Positions 31,579 through 40,739 of a stretch of DNA of 64,000 nucleotides are shown one piece after another. The notes beneath the pieces were generated by a model. It searched no databases and was not told the origin of the DNA. It saw only the letters and a list, made by a program, of their open reading frames with translations. The position numbers were made by a program, and so were the translations under genes. This stretch comes from an uncultured bacterium. Lineage in GTDB: Bacteria; Desulfobacterota_D; UBA1144; Nemesobacterales; UBA2774. Position 1 is the first letter of the stretch. Every line of letters starts with the position of its first letter. The DNA lies in assembly GCA_963825135.1 (NCBI GenBank), contig CAWGRW010000009.1, positions 1,664,001 through 1,728,000 of the forward strand, read 5' to 3'.

Positions 31579-33639
31579 CTACTGGATGTAATTTAACGCC
31601 TTGAGTTTCTCTATCTTTTCTTTGTCCAGAGCAACCTTCTCGGTGCTTGAAACTCCGAGCTCTCTGCTCAGCATCTCGGACTCCTGATTGTGATTATTCA
31701 ACAGGTTTTTTGCCTGGTCGGTTGTCGGCTTGTTTTGCAGCAGCGCCAGAGGGTTCTGCTCTCCGGGATCTGTCTTCAGGTCGTAGAGCTCTGCTCGCCC
31801 CGTTACGAGGCTCTCTATGTATTTGCTGCTCTTAAAAATCACCCCTTCCCTGTTTTCGTAATAGAGAAGGCCCGTGCTTATTAACGGCTCCTCGACAAAC
31901 GCGCCCGGGTTATCCGTTAACAGCGGAACAAGGGATTCGGCCGTGGCGGGTTCGCTTTCGTTCGGGATTCGCACGATTTCGAGAACGGTAGGCATGAGGC
32001 TCTGAGTCGTGACCTCCTGCTCCACTATCTTGCCGGTATGCGCGCCGGGCAGCTTCACGATGAGCGGGACATGAATCAGCTCGTTATATAGCGTGTGGCC
32101 GTGCTCGAACCCGTCATGGTCCCAGAACTCCTCGCCGTGATCGCTCGTCAGGATTATGAGAGAGCTCTTGTACAGGCTCTGCTCTTTAAAGGCGTCAAGC
32201 AGTCTCCCGATGTTCGCGTCTACATAGCGGACCTCACCGTTATAAAGCTCTTTTATCCATTTCCTTTGTGATGCGTTCGGGGCGAAATGCCCGGACCTGA
32301 TTGTCGCCGCGCTGCTTAACTCGTATCCGATGGATTCGTCGGGCACGGCATTCTTTGATATATATTCCCTCGGCGGGGTATAGGGTAAATGCGGGTCATA
32401 ATAATGTACCCAGAGGAAGAAATCGGAGTCCTGGTTCTTCCCGATCCAGTCGATAGCCATGTCGGTGAGCTCCCCGGTCGAGGCGTAGATTTTCAGCTTA
32501 TCCGGGAACGTTTTTTTTATCACGGTCATGCCGAAAGAGTTAACTATTGCCTCGCGCTTCGGGTAAAAATCATATTGCAGGAACCCCTGGTCCATATTGA
32601 ATTCCGGCTGGAGATAGAAATTGTCGCCTATAGCCTGTGTGTAATATCCCGAATCCCGCAGGTATTCGGCGAGCGTACGGAATTTATCGGGGAGTACGGA
32701 ATCAGCGGCGTATGTCTTATGAACGGTGGGCGAGAGTCCGGTCATCATAGACGAGAACGACGGCAGAGTCCACGGGGCCGCCGAGAACGCGTTTTTAAAC
32801 AATGTCCCGTCTGTAGCCAGCGAGTCGATGTTCGGGGTCGAAGTCTCCTTGCCGCCGTATGAAGAGAGAGCGTCCGCCCTCAGGGTGTCTATCGTAATCA
32901 GTATCACATGTTTTATCTTGTGATTTGCCGAAGATTTGAAATTATTCACGGCAGGCTCGTATTTTTCTCTTGTCGAAACGAAAATTACGGGGCAGACGAC
33001 CAGCGCCACAACCATCAAAACGGAGAGCGGGATTATCGTGTCGAATTCGGTTTTCGCGAAAACAAAAAATAATCCCAGCGTCAAAAGGGCGATCGAGAAA
33101 AACCCGAGGGACAAATCATAATCCGTCAGCTCGCTGTGTTTATTCAGCCAGACTAGCAGCATGACTTCGGTGAGCACGAGCGGCAGCAGGATGCTCAGCA
33201 TGGAGCCTGCGAGTCCCCCGTATTGAGAGCGGTTTATTTTTTTTGCGGTATAGTAAGTTATGAGTAGCGCGAAAACCGAAATAATGAGGAAGACCAGCAG
33301 CTCCATCCTGTAAGACGCCCAGTTCGCATCGAAATCGTGATAATTGATCGAGATAAGCAGCTCCGTGACCCCGATAAATACCCCGAGCGATATCGCGGCC
33401 GGAACCGCGTCCAGGCCGAATCTCTTTACGAGCCTTGCTCCCAAGAGATACCACAAGACCAGTAGCAGAATGAGAGAGAACCCGGCGGTTACCGCTATCG
33501 GCAGCAGGATTGCCCTGAACATTATGAATTTGGCGTCGGTAATGATTATCCCTATCGATGCGTCAAGGGCGGCTATCGAGAGAGACAGGGCTAGTGCCGT
33601 TATGATTATAAGTCTGGTCGAGCGATCGGATTCCCGCAT
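31579..33639 (-). CDS. Multi-TM membrane protein with sulfatase-like domain (Thr at nucleophile position)
   Basis: Several N-terminal TM helices; ITIDTLRAD, PWTLPS, HYYDPHLPY, TSDHGEEF, C-terminal KLKALNYIQ. Confidence 0.85.
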   Translation of the reverse strand: MRESDRSTRLIIITALALSLSIAALDASIGIIITDAKFIMFRAILLPIAVTAGFSLILLLVLWYLLGARLVKRFGLDAVPAAISLGVFIGVTELLISINYHDFDANWASYRMELLVFLIISVFALLITYYTAKKINRSQYGGLAGSMLSILLPLVLTEVMLLVWLNKHSELTDYDLSLGFFSIALLTLGLFFVFAKTEFDTIIPLSVLMVVALVVCPVIFVSTREKYEPAVNNFKSSANHKIKHVILITIDTLRADALSSYGGKETSTPNIDSLATDGTLFKNAFSAAPWTLPSFSSMMTGLSPTVHKTYAADSVLPDKFRTLAEYLRDSGYYTQAIGDNFYLQPEFNMDQGFLQYDFYPKREAIVNSFGMTVIKKTFPDKLKIYASTGELTDMAIDWIGKNQDSDFFLWVHYYDPHLPYTPPREYISKNAVPDESIGYELSSAATIRSGHFAPNASQRKWIKELYNGEVRYVDANIGRLLDAFKEQSLYKSSLIILTSDHGEEFWDHDGFEHGHTLYNELIHVPLIVKLPGAHTGKIVEQEVTTQSLMPTVLEIVRIPNESEPATAESLVPLLTDNPGAFVEEPLISTGLLYYENREGVIFKSSKYIESLVTGRAELYDLKTDPGEQNPLALLQNKPTTDQAKNLLNNHNQESEMLSRELGVSSTEKVALDKEKIEKLKALNYIQ

Positions 33640-33728
33640 TTCGCTATATTATTCCCTTCCGGAAGTACCGTAGTCAATTGTATATAATCTGTAGATTATG
33701 CCCCGAAGTCTGCGAATGGCTAATTCCC

Positions 33729-35160
33729 CTAATTCCAAATCTTCTTCAGTCTGCCGAATAATCCCCCGTTCCTGTAGTTCGTGAGGCTTTTGCCAATCGT
33801 TTCCCCTTCGAGTCTCATCCCGAATAAATCGAGAACCGTGGGGGCTATATCATAAATCTTTATTCCATCCGTATAACCCTGCGTCAGGTTTCCGGTCCTG
33901 CAACCGTTCTCGTTAAGAATGAATATGCCGTTCCAGTCGTGGTTGGCTTCGTCAGAGCCGGTATCGTTCTCGAATGTGTGTATGTTTCCGAGACCCACGC
34001 TCCCGACGGAGCGCCAGCCGAGGGCTCCGAAATAGACTATGAGGTCGGGGGGGACGCCGTTTGCCTCCCTGTAGATGTCCTGTGGCCTGTATGCCCTCGT
34101 TCCGATATTCTCGCCGTCCGGTCCGGGGATCGCCTCGATCCTGCGGACGAGCTCCGAGCGGATCTTTTCATAATCCCCGGGCTCTATTATCCCCTCGGGC
34201 TCCCTGCCTTTCACGTTCATGAAGAGGCGCCCGTAATACCCGCCGTCCCCCCACGCGAGCGTCTTCCGCCAGTCGATTTCCACGTCGGCGATTCTCGTCT
34301 GCTCCCGCGGGTAGTCCTTCAGCGTCAGATACCCCTCCTTGATAAGCCATTCGTTGAAGCATATGCCCCCTTCCATTTTCCTCGCCCCGTGATCCGATAC
34401 CACTATCACGACCGTATCTTCGGGGACGAGCGACAATAACTCTCCGATTTCTCTGTCGCAGTATTTATAATAATCCTTGATCGAATTCTCGAACGGATTG
34501 CCCGGCTCGAATTTCCTGTGCTCGGGGTCTATGAAGCTCCAGAACCCGTGATGTATGCGGTCTACCCCCATTTCGACGAGCATGAAGAAGTCCCAGGGTT
34601 TTGTTTTAATGAGGTGCTTCGCCACCTTGAAATGTTTTTCGGTCTTTTCGTATATCCTTCCCAGGAGAGCCTCCTTGTCGTCCGTCCTGAAGTTCTCGAC
34701 GTCGAGCACATATCCGCCCGATACCTCTTCTATCTCGTCCTTCAGCGGGGCGGGGTAGGTGTAGTTGCTCTCCGTCGACGGGGCGAGAAAACCGCTAACG
34801 ACGCATCCGTTGACGGGCTTTGGAGGGTATGTTTGGGGCACGCCGAGGAGGACTACTTTCTTTCCGGCGCGGGAAAGTATGTCCCACACCCTGTCGCATT
34901 TTACCGCCGTCGCGTTGGCGATCGTGTAGCCGTCATAGGAATAGTCCTTCCTGTTTCTGAAGCCATAATACCCGAGCTGACCCGGGTCCTTTCCGCTCAT
35001 CATCACCGGCCCATGCGGGGACGGTGATCGGAGGATGGCAGGACAGCATGGGCCCGTACGCGCCCTTTTCCATGAGTTTATTGAGGTTAGGCAGCTCTTC
35101 TTTCCATCCGAATACGAACCTAGGGTCGGCGCAGTCAAGCCCGATAATAAGAAGCTTCAT
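33729..35160 (-). CDS. Cytoplasmic alkaline-phosphatase-superfamily phosphodiesterase-like protein (one frameshift at ~35008)
   Basis: MKLLIIGLDCA...PPITVPAW then shifted MMSGKDPG...DRIHH...VSDHG...DEANH; no signal peptide. Confidence 0.85.
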
Positions 35161-37125
35161 TCACTGCTTCCTTCTTCTGAGGAGAGTGAGCGCCGTTACA
35201 AAGGCCGGAATAAGCAGGATAAACGTATTTGTAAAGGCAGTTCCTGTAACGTCGGCATTCGCGGGGCCGTAAACGGAGCAGCCGCCGCTGTCGTTTGAAC
35301 CATCGTTACCGGGGGGAGGAGTCGGGCCGGGACCACCGCTGTCTCCTACAGCCTCCTGGACCGCGGCAAAGGCGTTTATGCTGCCGAAACCGGAGATATC
35401 ATCGAACCCGGCGGGAGTAATGTCGTCAGCCGTGCCTGTTATTATGTCGGTGACCTCTTCCACCTGTCTGGTTGCGGCAATGGAGGACTCCGCGGAATTC
35501 GAAGCGTTGAAATCAGCCCCGAAACCGAGGGCCTGGAGCACGAGCGCCGCTACTCCCGCAGCGTGGGGAGCCGAGGCCGACGTGCCGGCGAAATTGAAGA
35601 ACCCCGGAACGGTCGTCGATACCCTGTTCGGGGCGACGATTGTGGGGGTATCCCTGTCTTCGAGAAGCGGAGCGGCCCGTAGGGACGATGCATCCGAGAT
35701 TGTAACTGTAGGAGGAAAGAATATTGAAGACGGGCCTTCAGAGCTGAAGGACTCTACATCGCCTTCGGAGGTGGCGCCTACGGATATGACTCCGGGCGCC
35801 GCCGGATGGCCGTAGACGCTGTTCCCGGGGACGTTGAACTCTACTGGCGTGCCGCCAAGATTAAAGAATATCTCTAGCGTCTGGTCTCCACCGCTGAATT
35901 TATTGATAACTATATCGAAAAAGCCCGTACCGGGTCCTTCGTTCGAAACCGATGCTATTTCAATCGGGTCGTCGTCTCCGTTCTGAGTATCCGTGCTCGA
36001 ACCGAGAATATCACCGGTATCGGGATCGACGAGGAAGAGGTCGTAGTCGTCAGAGGCCTCCCCGAAGGGGTTACTCCACTGGAGCACGACGACCGAGCTC
36101 CTATTAGGCGGAAGCGCGATTGTCATGCCTACGTCACTCCCTTCGCCGGCCGCCAGCCCGAAATCGTGGAGATCGGTATCCGCATCCCCAGGGTCCGTAT
36201 CCACGTAGAGGGCCTGGTAATGGGCCCCACCGTCATTGCCCGCAGAGGATACATAAACAATCCCGTCCTCCACCGCCTGAGCCACCGCCTGGGCTACCGG
36301 TCCGTCCTGGAAGAAGGGCTCCGAGAGAAACCCTACATCGTCTATTATCACGTCGACGCCGTTATTTTTGAAGAAGTCTATTGCCTGTATGAAATTCAAG
36401 GTGCTTGTGCCGTTATGAAACGCCAGGTCGGCACCCGGAGCTATGTCGTGCACGATTTCGAGGATGGCCGTGCCCTCGTCCCCGCTGCCGGGATCGCCTA
36501 CCTGCACTACATTCGGGAGGTCTCCCGTAAGCTGGGAAGCGGCGATGCTGTCGACTCCGTCCGAAATGACGCCCACTTTTATTCCCGAGCCGTCCACTCC
36601 GAATGTCTCCCTCGCCGCGTCAGACCCCATGATCCCGTCCCCTTCGGTGGTAACTGAGCCCGCTCTTGGATACCCGTAGCTGGGCGGGGTGATTCTGGAG
36701 ACGAATCCGAGCTCGGCCGCCTTCTCGAGGCTGCCGCCGGGCAGCCAGCCCTGGACGATTTTCAATTTTTCATTTATGACATCGGGTATTAGACCGAGCG
36801 CTGTCAGCTGCCCGATGTCCTCGCCGCTCGATTCACTCATGTGGACGTAAACCTCGATGTTCCCGGAATCGTCCACCTTTACGAGCGGCGTGGAAAAATC
36901 CTCCGCGCTAAGGCTTTGGGCACCATTTCTCGATGACGTCGCATCGGCCATGTTATTAAGGACATTGGTCAGACTCGGGCTTATTTTGGAACTACCAGCG
37001 GTTTTATCTTTCCGGGCTCTGAGGACGGACACGTCCGGATTCTGAAGGGCCGATGCGTCAGGGACGAATTCAAAATAGAGGGACGAAGAGCATAAAATTA
37101 TAAGAGCAACAAGGGCTTTTCTCAT
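35161..37125 (-). CDS. Secreted S8/S53-like serine peptidase with C-terminal GGC-TM-RRRK sorting signal
   Basis: GIKVGVISDG, DEGTAILEI, SAGN, GTSASAPH; tail SGGCS...LLIPAFVTALTLLRRRKQ. Confidence 0.85.
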   Translation of the reverse strand: MRKALVALIILCSSSLYFEFVPDASALQNPDVSVLRARKDKTAGSSKISPSLTNVLNNMADATSSRNGAQSLSAEDFSTPLVKVDDSGNIEVYVHMSESSGEDIGQLTALGLIPDVINEKLKIVQGWLPGGSLEKAAELGFVSRITPPSYGYPRAGSVTTEGDGIMGSDAARETFGVDGSGIKVGVISDGVDSIAASQLTGDLPNVVQVGDPGSGDEGTAILEIVHDIAPGADLAFHNGTSTLNFIQAIDFFKNNGVDVIIDDVGFLSEPFFQDGPVAQAVAQAVEDGIVYVSSAGNDGGAHYQALYVDTDPGDADTDLHDFGLAAGEGSDVGMTIALPPNRSSVVVLQWSNPFGEASDDYDLFLVDPDTGDILGSSTDTQNGDDDPIEIASVSNEGPGTGFFDIVINKFSGGDQTLEIFFNLGGTPVEFNVPGNSVYGHPAAPGVISVGATSEGDVESFSSEGPSSIFFPPTVTISDASSLRAAPLLEDRDTPTIVAPNRVSTTVPGFFNFAGTSASAPHAAGVAALVLQALGFGADFNASNSAESSIAATRQVEEVTDIITGTADDITPAGFDDISGFGSINAFAAVQEAVGDSGGPGPTPPPGNDGSNDSGGCSVYGPANADVTGTAFTNTFILLIPAFVTALTLLRRRKQ

Positions 37126-37463
37126 TAAGTCACTTCCCACCCGCACGATTCGGTTACTTTAATATTATAACCAATCGTTTACGATGTATACGTATTAATT
37201 AGCGAGGGCAGGATTTGATAAATTATTCCTGATTCTAGTGGTTTACCAACACCTAATTAGGCATCCGATAAAAGAGCGCGCCCTCGGCAAGTTTAAGCCC
37301 GGAGGCCCGGTTTACTACCCGGCGACCATCGTTAATTCTTTAATCAAACGCTCGGGATCATCGGTTACATCCGTATTAATTACGGGCGCTCCGGCATATG
37401 CGCCTCCCCTGACGTATTCCGACGTTTCATCGGGCGGCATTTTACCGGAGTCAATTCGAATTT

Positions 37464-37550
37464 CGGAGGGGGTGGGATTTGAACCCACGAGAGCCTTTCG
37501 ACTCTACTGGTTTTCGAGACCAGCGCCTTCGGCCGCTCGGCCACCCCTCC
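37464..37550 (-). tRNA. tRNA-Ser(CGA)
   Basis: GGAGGGGTGGCCGAGCGG...CTGGT-CTCGAAA-ACCAG, long variable arm, GGTTCAAATCC; CCA not encoded. Confidence 0.95.
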
Positions 37551-37652
37551 AGGCAATTCAACGAGATAACGTACCAAAACTGATTTGTTTAAGCAATAAG
37601 CGGCGTGTTTGGCCGTCTGTGAAAGTCTCCCAAATAATGTAGACTTTTTCCC

Positions 37653-40175
37653 GTGCAGAGGGATATCCTTACAAACCGCGTTAAAAACCAGATCAGGATA
37701 AGCATTGAAGAGGCCTCGGGAAACGAGGTCTTTTTCGTAGGCTCCTTCACCGAAGGCAGCGTCGTCGACGACGTGCGGGTCGTCGCCCGCGGAAATAATA
37801 GCTCGGTCCCAGCCGTGATCGATTCGGCCTTTCCGGGAGAGGTCGTCATTCACAACCACCCTTCCGGAAACCTCACGCCATCCGACCACGATATACAGAT
37901 AGCCTCCATATTCGGGAATCAGGGGATCGGCTTCTACATAGTGGATAATTCCGTTTCCCAGGTATATGTGGTCGTGGAGCCCTACTCCGAAAGAGAAATA
38001 GAGCCCCTCGACATCGGGAGGGCGAGAGGATTTCTCCTCCCCGAAGGCGGTGTCGCGGAATTGATGGGGGATAAGTACGAGCTCAGGGACGAGCAGCTGA
38101 CGATGCTCGATGCCGTCGCCTGGGCGTTTAACGAGAGCCGCATATCGCTTATAGAGGCAGGGACGGGGACCGGCAAGACACTTTCCTATCTGATACCCGC
38201 CGTTGCCTGGTCGATTCAGAACGGCGAGAGGGTGGTAGTATCGACCAATACCATTAACCTCCAGGAGCAGCTGATTGATAAAGACATACCCCTCGTGCAT
38301 AAAATTTTTGACGGGGAATTCAACTATTCACTGGTCAAGGGCATGGGGAATTACCTCTGCCTTCTCCGCGCTGAAACGGTAAACGACGGGCTCTTCGAAA
38401 TCGCGGACGAGGACGAAGTGGACGCTATATCGAATATTCTCGAATGGGCGAAGGTCACGGACGACGGGTCGCTCTCAGACCTCAGCTTCACCCCGCCCGA
38501 CGACGTGTGGGACAAGGTGTCCGCGGAGAGCGACAGCTGCCTGAGGGCGAGATGCCCTTATTATTCACGATGTTTTTTTTACAAGTCCCGGAGGGAGATC
38601 GCCTCTTCCCAGATCCTCGTCGTAAACCATCACCTCCTCTTTTCCGACCTCTCGATCAAAGGCGCGTCCGAGAAGAGTGACGCCGGCATTCTGCCCCCGT
38701 TCAAGAGGGTAATTTTCGACGAGGCCCATCATATCGTTGACGCTGCGACCTCTCACTTCGGGATGAGGGCCACGAAATTCGGGATTATCAGGATTCTGAG
38801 GCGGATGAAGAGGAGGGGTAAGGGTGGGGAATCGAAGGGTCTCATCTACTACAGCGCGGCTCTTGCGACAAAGCTCACCGGGGCTGCGAGAAAGGGCATC
38901 GTGAATGACGTGCTGAGGAGAGTGGAGCAGAACCTCACTCCCAGGGTGGACGCCGCGGAAGAATACGTTGCGGACGCTTTCGACGCCCTCTATTATTTTT
39001 CGCTTTCTCTCATGCAGGAGAAGGAGCCCGAAAGCCAGGAGGTGAGCATCAGGATTACGGAGGCGGCCTTTTCCCGCGAGGGGTGGGTAGAGATAGACAG
39101 GAAGTTCTCGGTCCTGAGAATAAGGCTTAAGGAGCTCTATGAGGAGATAAAGTCGTTTACGGATTTTCTGATAGACTACGAATCGGAGAGCGATTTCGCG
39201 AAGCTCATAGTGGAGTTCAGGGGCGTCGCCAATAAGCTCGACTATTACTCGGAGGTTATCGCGACGTTCCTAAGCCCCGAAGACGACGGATACGTGAGGT
39301 GGGTGGAAGGAAGGACGGGCAGGGGGACGGTCGTCTCAGGACTGGGACTATCCCCGCTGGATATATCACAGCCCTTAAAAGAGAGGCTCTACTCAAGATG
39401 CGGCACGGTCGTGATGACCTCGGCCACTATGGCCGTGAGAAAGGACTTCGAATTCCTTAAGTCAGGGCTCGGTCTTCAGGACGAGACCAGGGTGTCCGAG
39501 CTCATTCTGCCCTCTCCCTTTAATTACGAGGAGCAGCTCCTTCTCGCGATACCGACCGATATGCCAGAGCCTGGCACGAAGGAATACTCAAGGACCATCG
39601 CTCCGCTGATACTTGAAGCCGTTAAAGCCTCGCGGGGCAACGCCCTTATTCTCTTCACCTCGTACTCTCTTCTAGAGAGCGTGTACAGGCAGATTAACGA
39701 AGAACTCGAATCGTCCGGCATACACGCCCTCAAACAGGGCGCTCTGCCGAGGGGGAGGCTCCTCGATAAGTTGAGGGTAGAGGACGGGTCGGTCCTGTTC
39801 GCGACCGACAGTTTCTGGGAGGGAGTCGACGTGCCCGGGAACGCGCTCAGGCTGGTAGTGATTTCGAGACTCCCGTTCAGGGTGCCTACCGAGCCCATTA
39901 TCGAGGCCCGCGTCGAGCATATGGAGAGTATGGGCGTGAATTCGTTTACCGATTACAGCGTCCCCGTGGCCGTCCTTAAATTCAAGCAGGGATTCGGGAG
40001 GCTCATCCGGACAAGGAGCGACCGGGGGGCGGTGCTCGTGCTCGACAGGAGGATAATCAGCAAGTTCTACGGGAAGTACTTTCTCGATTCGCTGCCCGAG
40101 AGCGGCAGGCTGATAGCAGGCTCGGAAGAGGTAATTTCCGGGCTCGAAAGGTTTTTTTCCGAACAACCCTCCTGA
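37653..40175 (+). CDS. dinG: DinG-family helicase with N-terminal JAB/MPN domain
   Basis: EAGTGTGKT, KGMGNYLC, Fe-S cysteines, DEAH, FWEGVD, QGFGRLIR; N-terminal HNHPSGNLTPSDHD. Confidence 0.88.
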   Translation: MQRDILTNRVKNQIRISIEEASGNEVFFVGSFTEGSVVDDVRVVARGNNSSVPAVIDSAFPGEVVIHNHPSGNLTPSDHDIQIASIFGNQGIGFYIVDNSVSQVYVVVEPYSEREIEPLDIGRARGFLLPEGGVAELMGDKYELRDEQLTMLDAVAWAFNESRISLIEAGTGTGKTLSYLIPAVAWSIQNGERVVVSTNTINLQEQLIDKDIPLVHKIFDGEFNYSLVKGMGNYLCLLRAETVNDGLFEIADEDEVDAISNILEWAKVTDDGSLSDLSFTPPDDVWDKVSAESDSCLRARCPYYSRCFFYKSRREIASSQILVVNHHLLFSDLSIKGASEKSDAGILPPFKRVIFDEAHHIVDAATSHFGMRATKFGIIRILRRMKRRGKGGESKGLIYYSAALATKLTGAARKGIVNDVLRRVEQNLTPRVDAAEEYVADAFDALYYFSLSLMQEKEPESQEVSIRITEAAFSREGWVEIDRKFSVLRIRLKELYEEIKSFTDFLIDYESESDFAKLIVEFRGVANKLDYYSEVIATFLSPEDDGYVRWVEGRTGRGTVVSGLGLSPLDISQPLKERLYSRCGTVVMTSATMAVRKDFEFLKSGLGLQDETRVSELILPSPFNYEEQLLLAIPTDMPEPGTKEYSRTIAPLILEAVKASRGNALILFTSYSLLESVYRQINEELESSGIHALKQGALPRGRLLDKLRVEDGSVLFATDSFWEGVDVPGNALRLVVISRLPFRVPTEPIIEARVEHMESMGVNSFTDYSVPVAVLKFKQGFGRLIRTRSDRGAVLVLDRRIISKFYGKYFLDSLPESGRLIAGSEEVISGLERFFSEQPS

Positions 40176-40246
40176 ACGCTCCATTCAGTTAAACATCGAT
40201 GAGGCACTTCCGAATCGGGCCTGGCAGCCTGTTTAATGTAACAATG

Positions 40247-40390
40247 CTAAATTTGAGTCGAGGACTTACTTTTAGGAACATCGACTGAGCCCGAACACTT
40301 CATAATCCCCGGCGCGACAAAAACCACGGCCAGACTTAAGAAGATGAGGGACGTCCTGAGGATTTTGGCTACTCTTGCTGACAGTTTCAT
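40247..40390 (-). CDS. Small (47 aa) secreted or membrane peptide, absent from the ORF track
   Basis: GAGGAGG RBS; MKLSARVAKILRTSLIFLSLAVVFVAPGIMKCSGSVDVPKSKSSTQI*. Confidence 0.55.
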   Translation of the reverse strand: MKLSARVAKILRTSLIFLSLAVVFVAPGIMKCSGSVDVPKSKSSTQI

Positions 40391-40420
40391 TTTATGAATC
40401 CTCCTCTAGCTGTTTTCGCT

Positions 40421-40588
40421 CTACTTTGTGTCAAGCGCTGCGGCGGTTACACCGACGCTTCCGGTGTTATTAGCTTTTGTGCCTATCTCCCCTTCACACT
40501 GGCACGCATATACGAAAAAGAGGGCCAGCAGGCACAGTAATAGAAGAGCCGGCCTTTGATTACCCTTGATTGATTTAAAGATATTCAT
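40421..40588 (-). CDS. Small (55 aa) putative lipoprotein, absent from the ORF track
   Basis: GGGGA RBS; MNIFKSIKGNQRPALLLLCLLAPLFVYACQCEGEIGTK...; lipobox-like VYAC. Confidence 0.5.
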   Translation of the reverse strand: MNIFKSIKGNQRPALLLLCLLALFFVYACQCEGEIGTKANNTGSVGVTAAALDTK

Positions 40589-40739
40589 GCGCTCATCCCC
40601 GTTCTATGGTATTTAATCTGTCCCTAAACGATACCCATTAATACGAAATCTAATCATATCACAGCGGATACCCGAGAGCAATCGATTTATTATTCGTTTT
40701 CGATTCACAAAGAAAACCCGGGACATACGAGTATATTTT

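Noticed and set aside
35000..35015. Programmed frameshift in the cytoplasmic phosphodiesterase gene
   Set aside because: No slippery run, and the break falls right after the active-site motif; a single-base error or lesion is more likely
37315..37440. ~41-codon minus-strand ORF downstream of tRNA-Ser
   Set aside because: No clear RBS or family resemblance; may be a remnant or chance
23957..37550. Genomic island integrated at tRNA-Ser carrying the AP-superfamily cluster
   Set aside because: The cluster lies 3' of the tRNA, but I found no duplicated tRNA 3' end near the rnr boundary and no integrase
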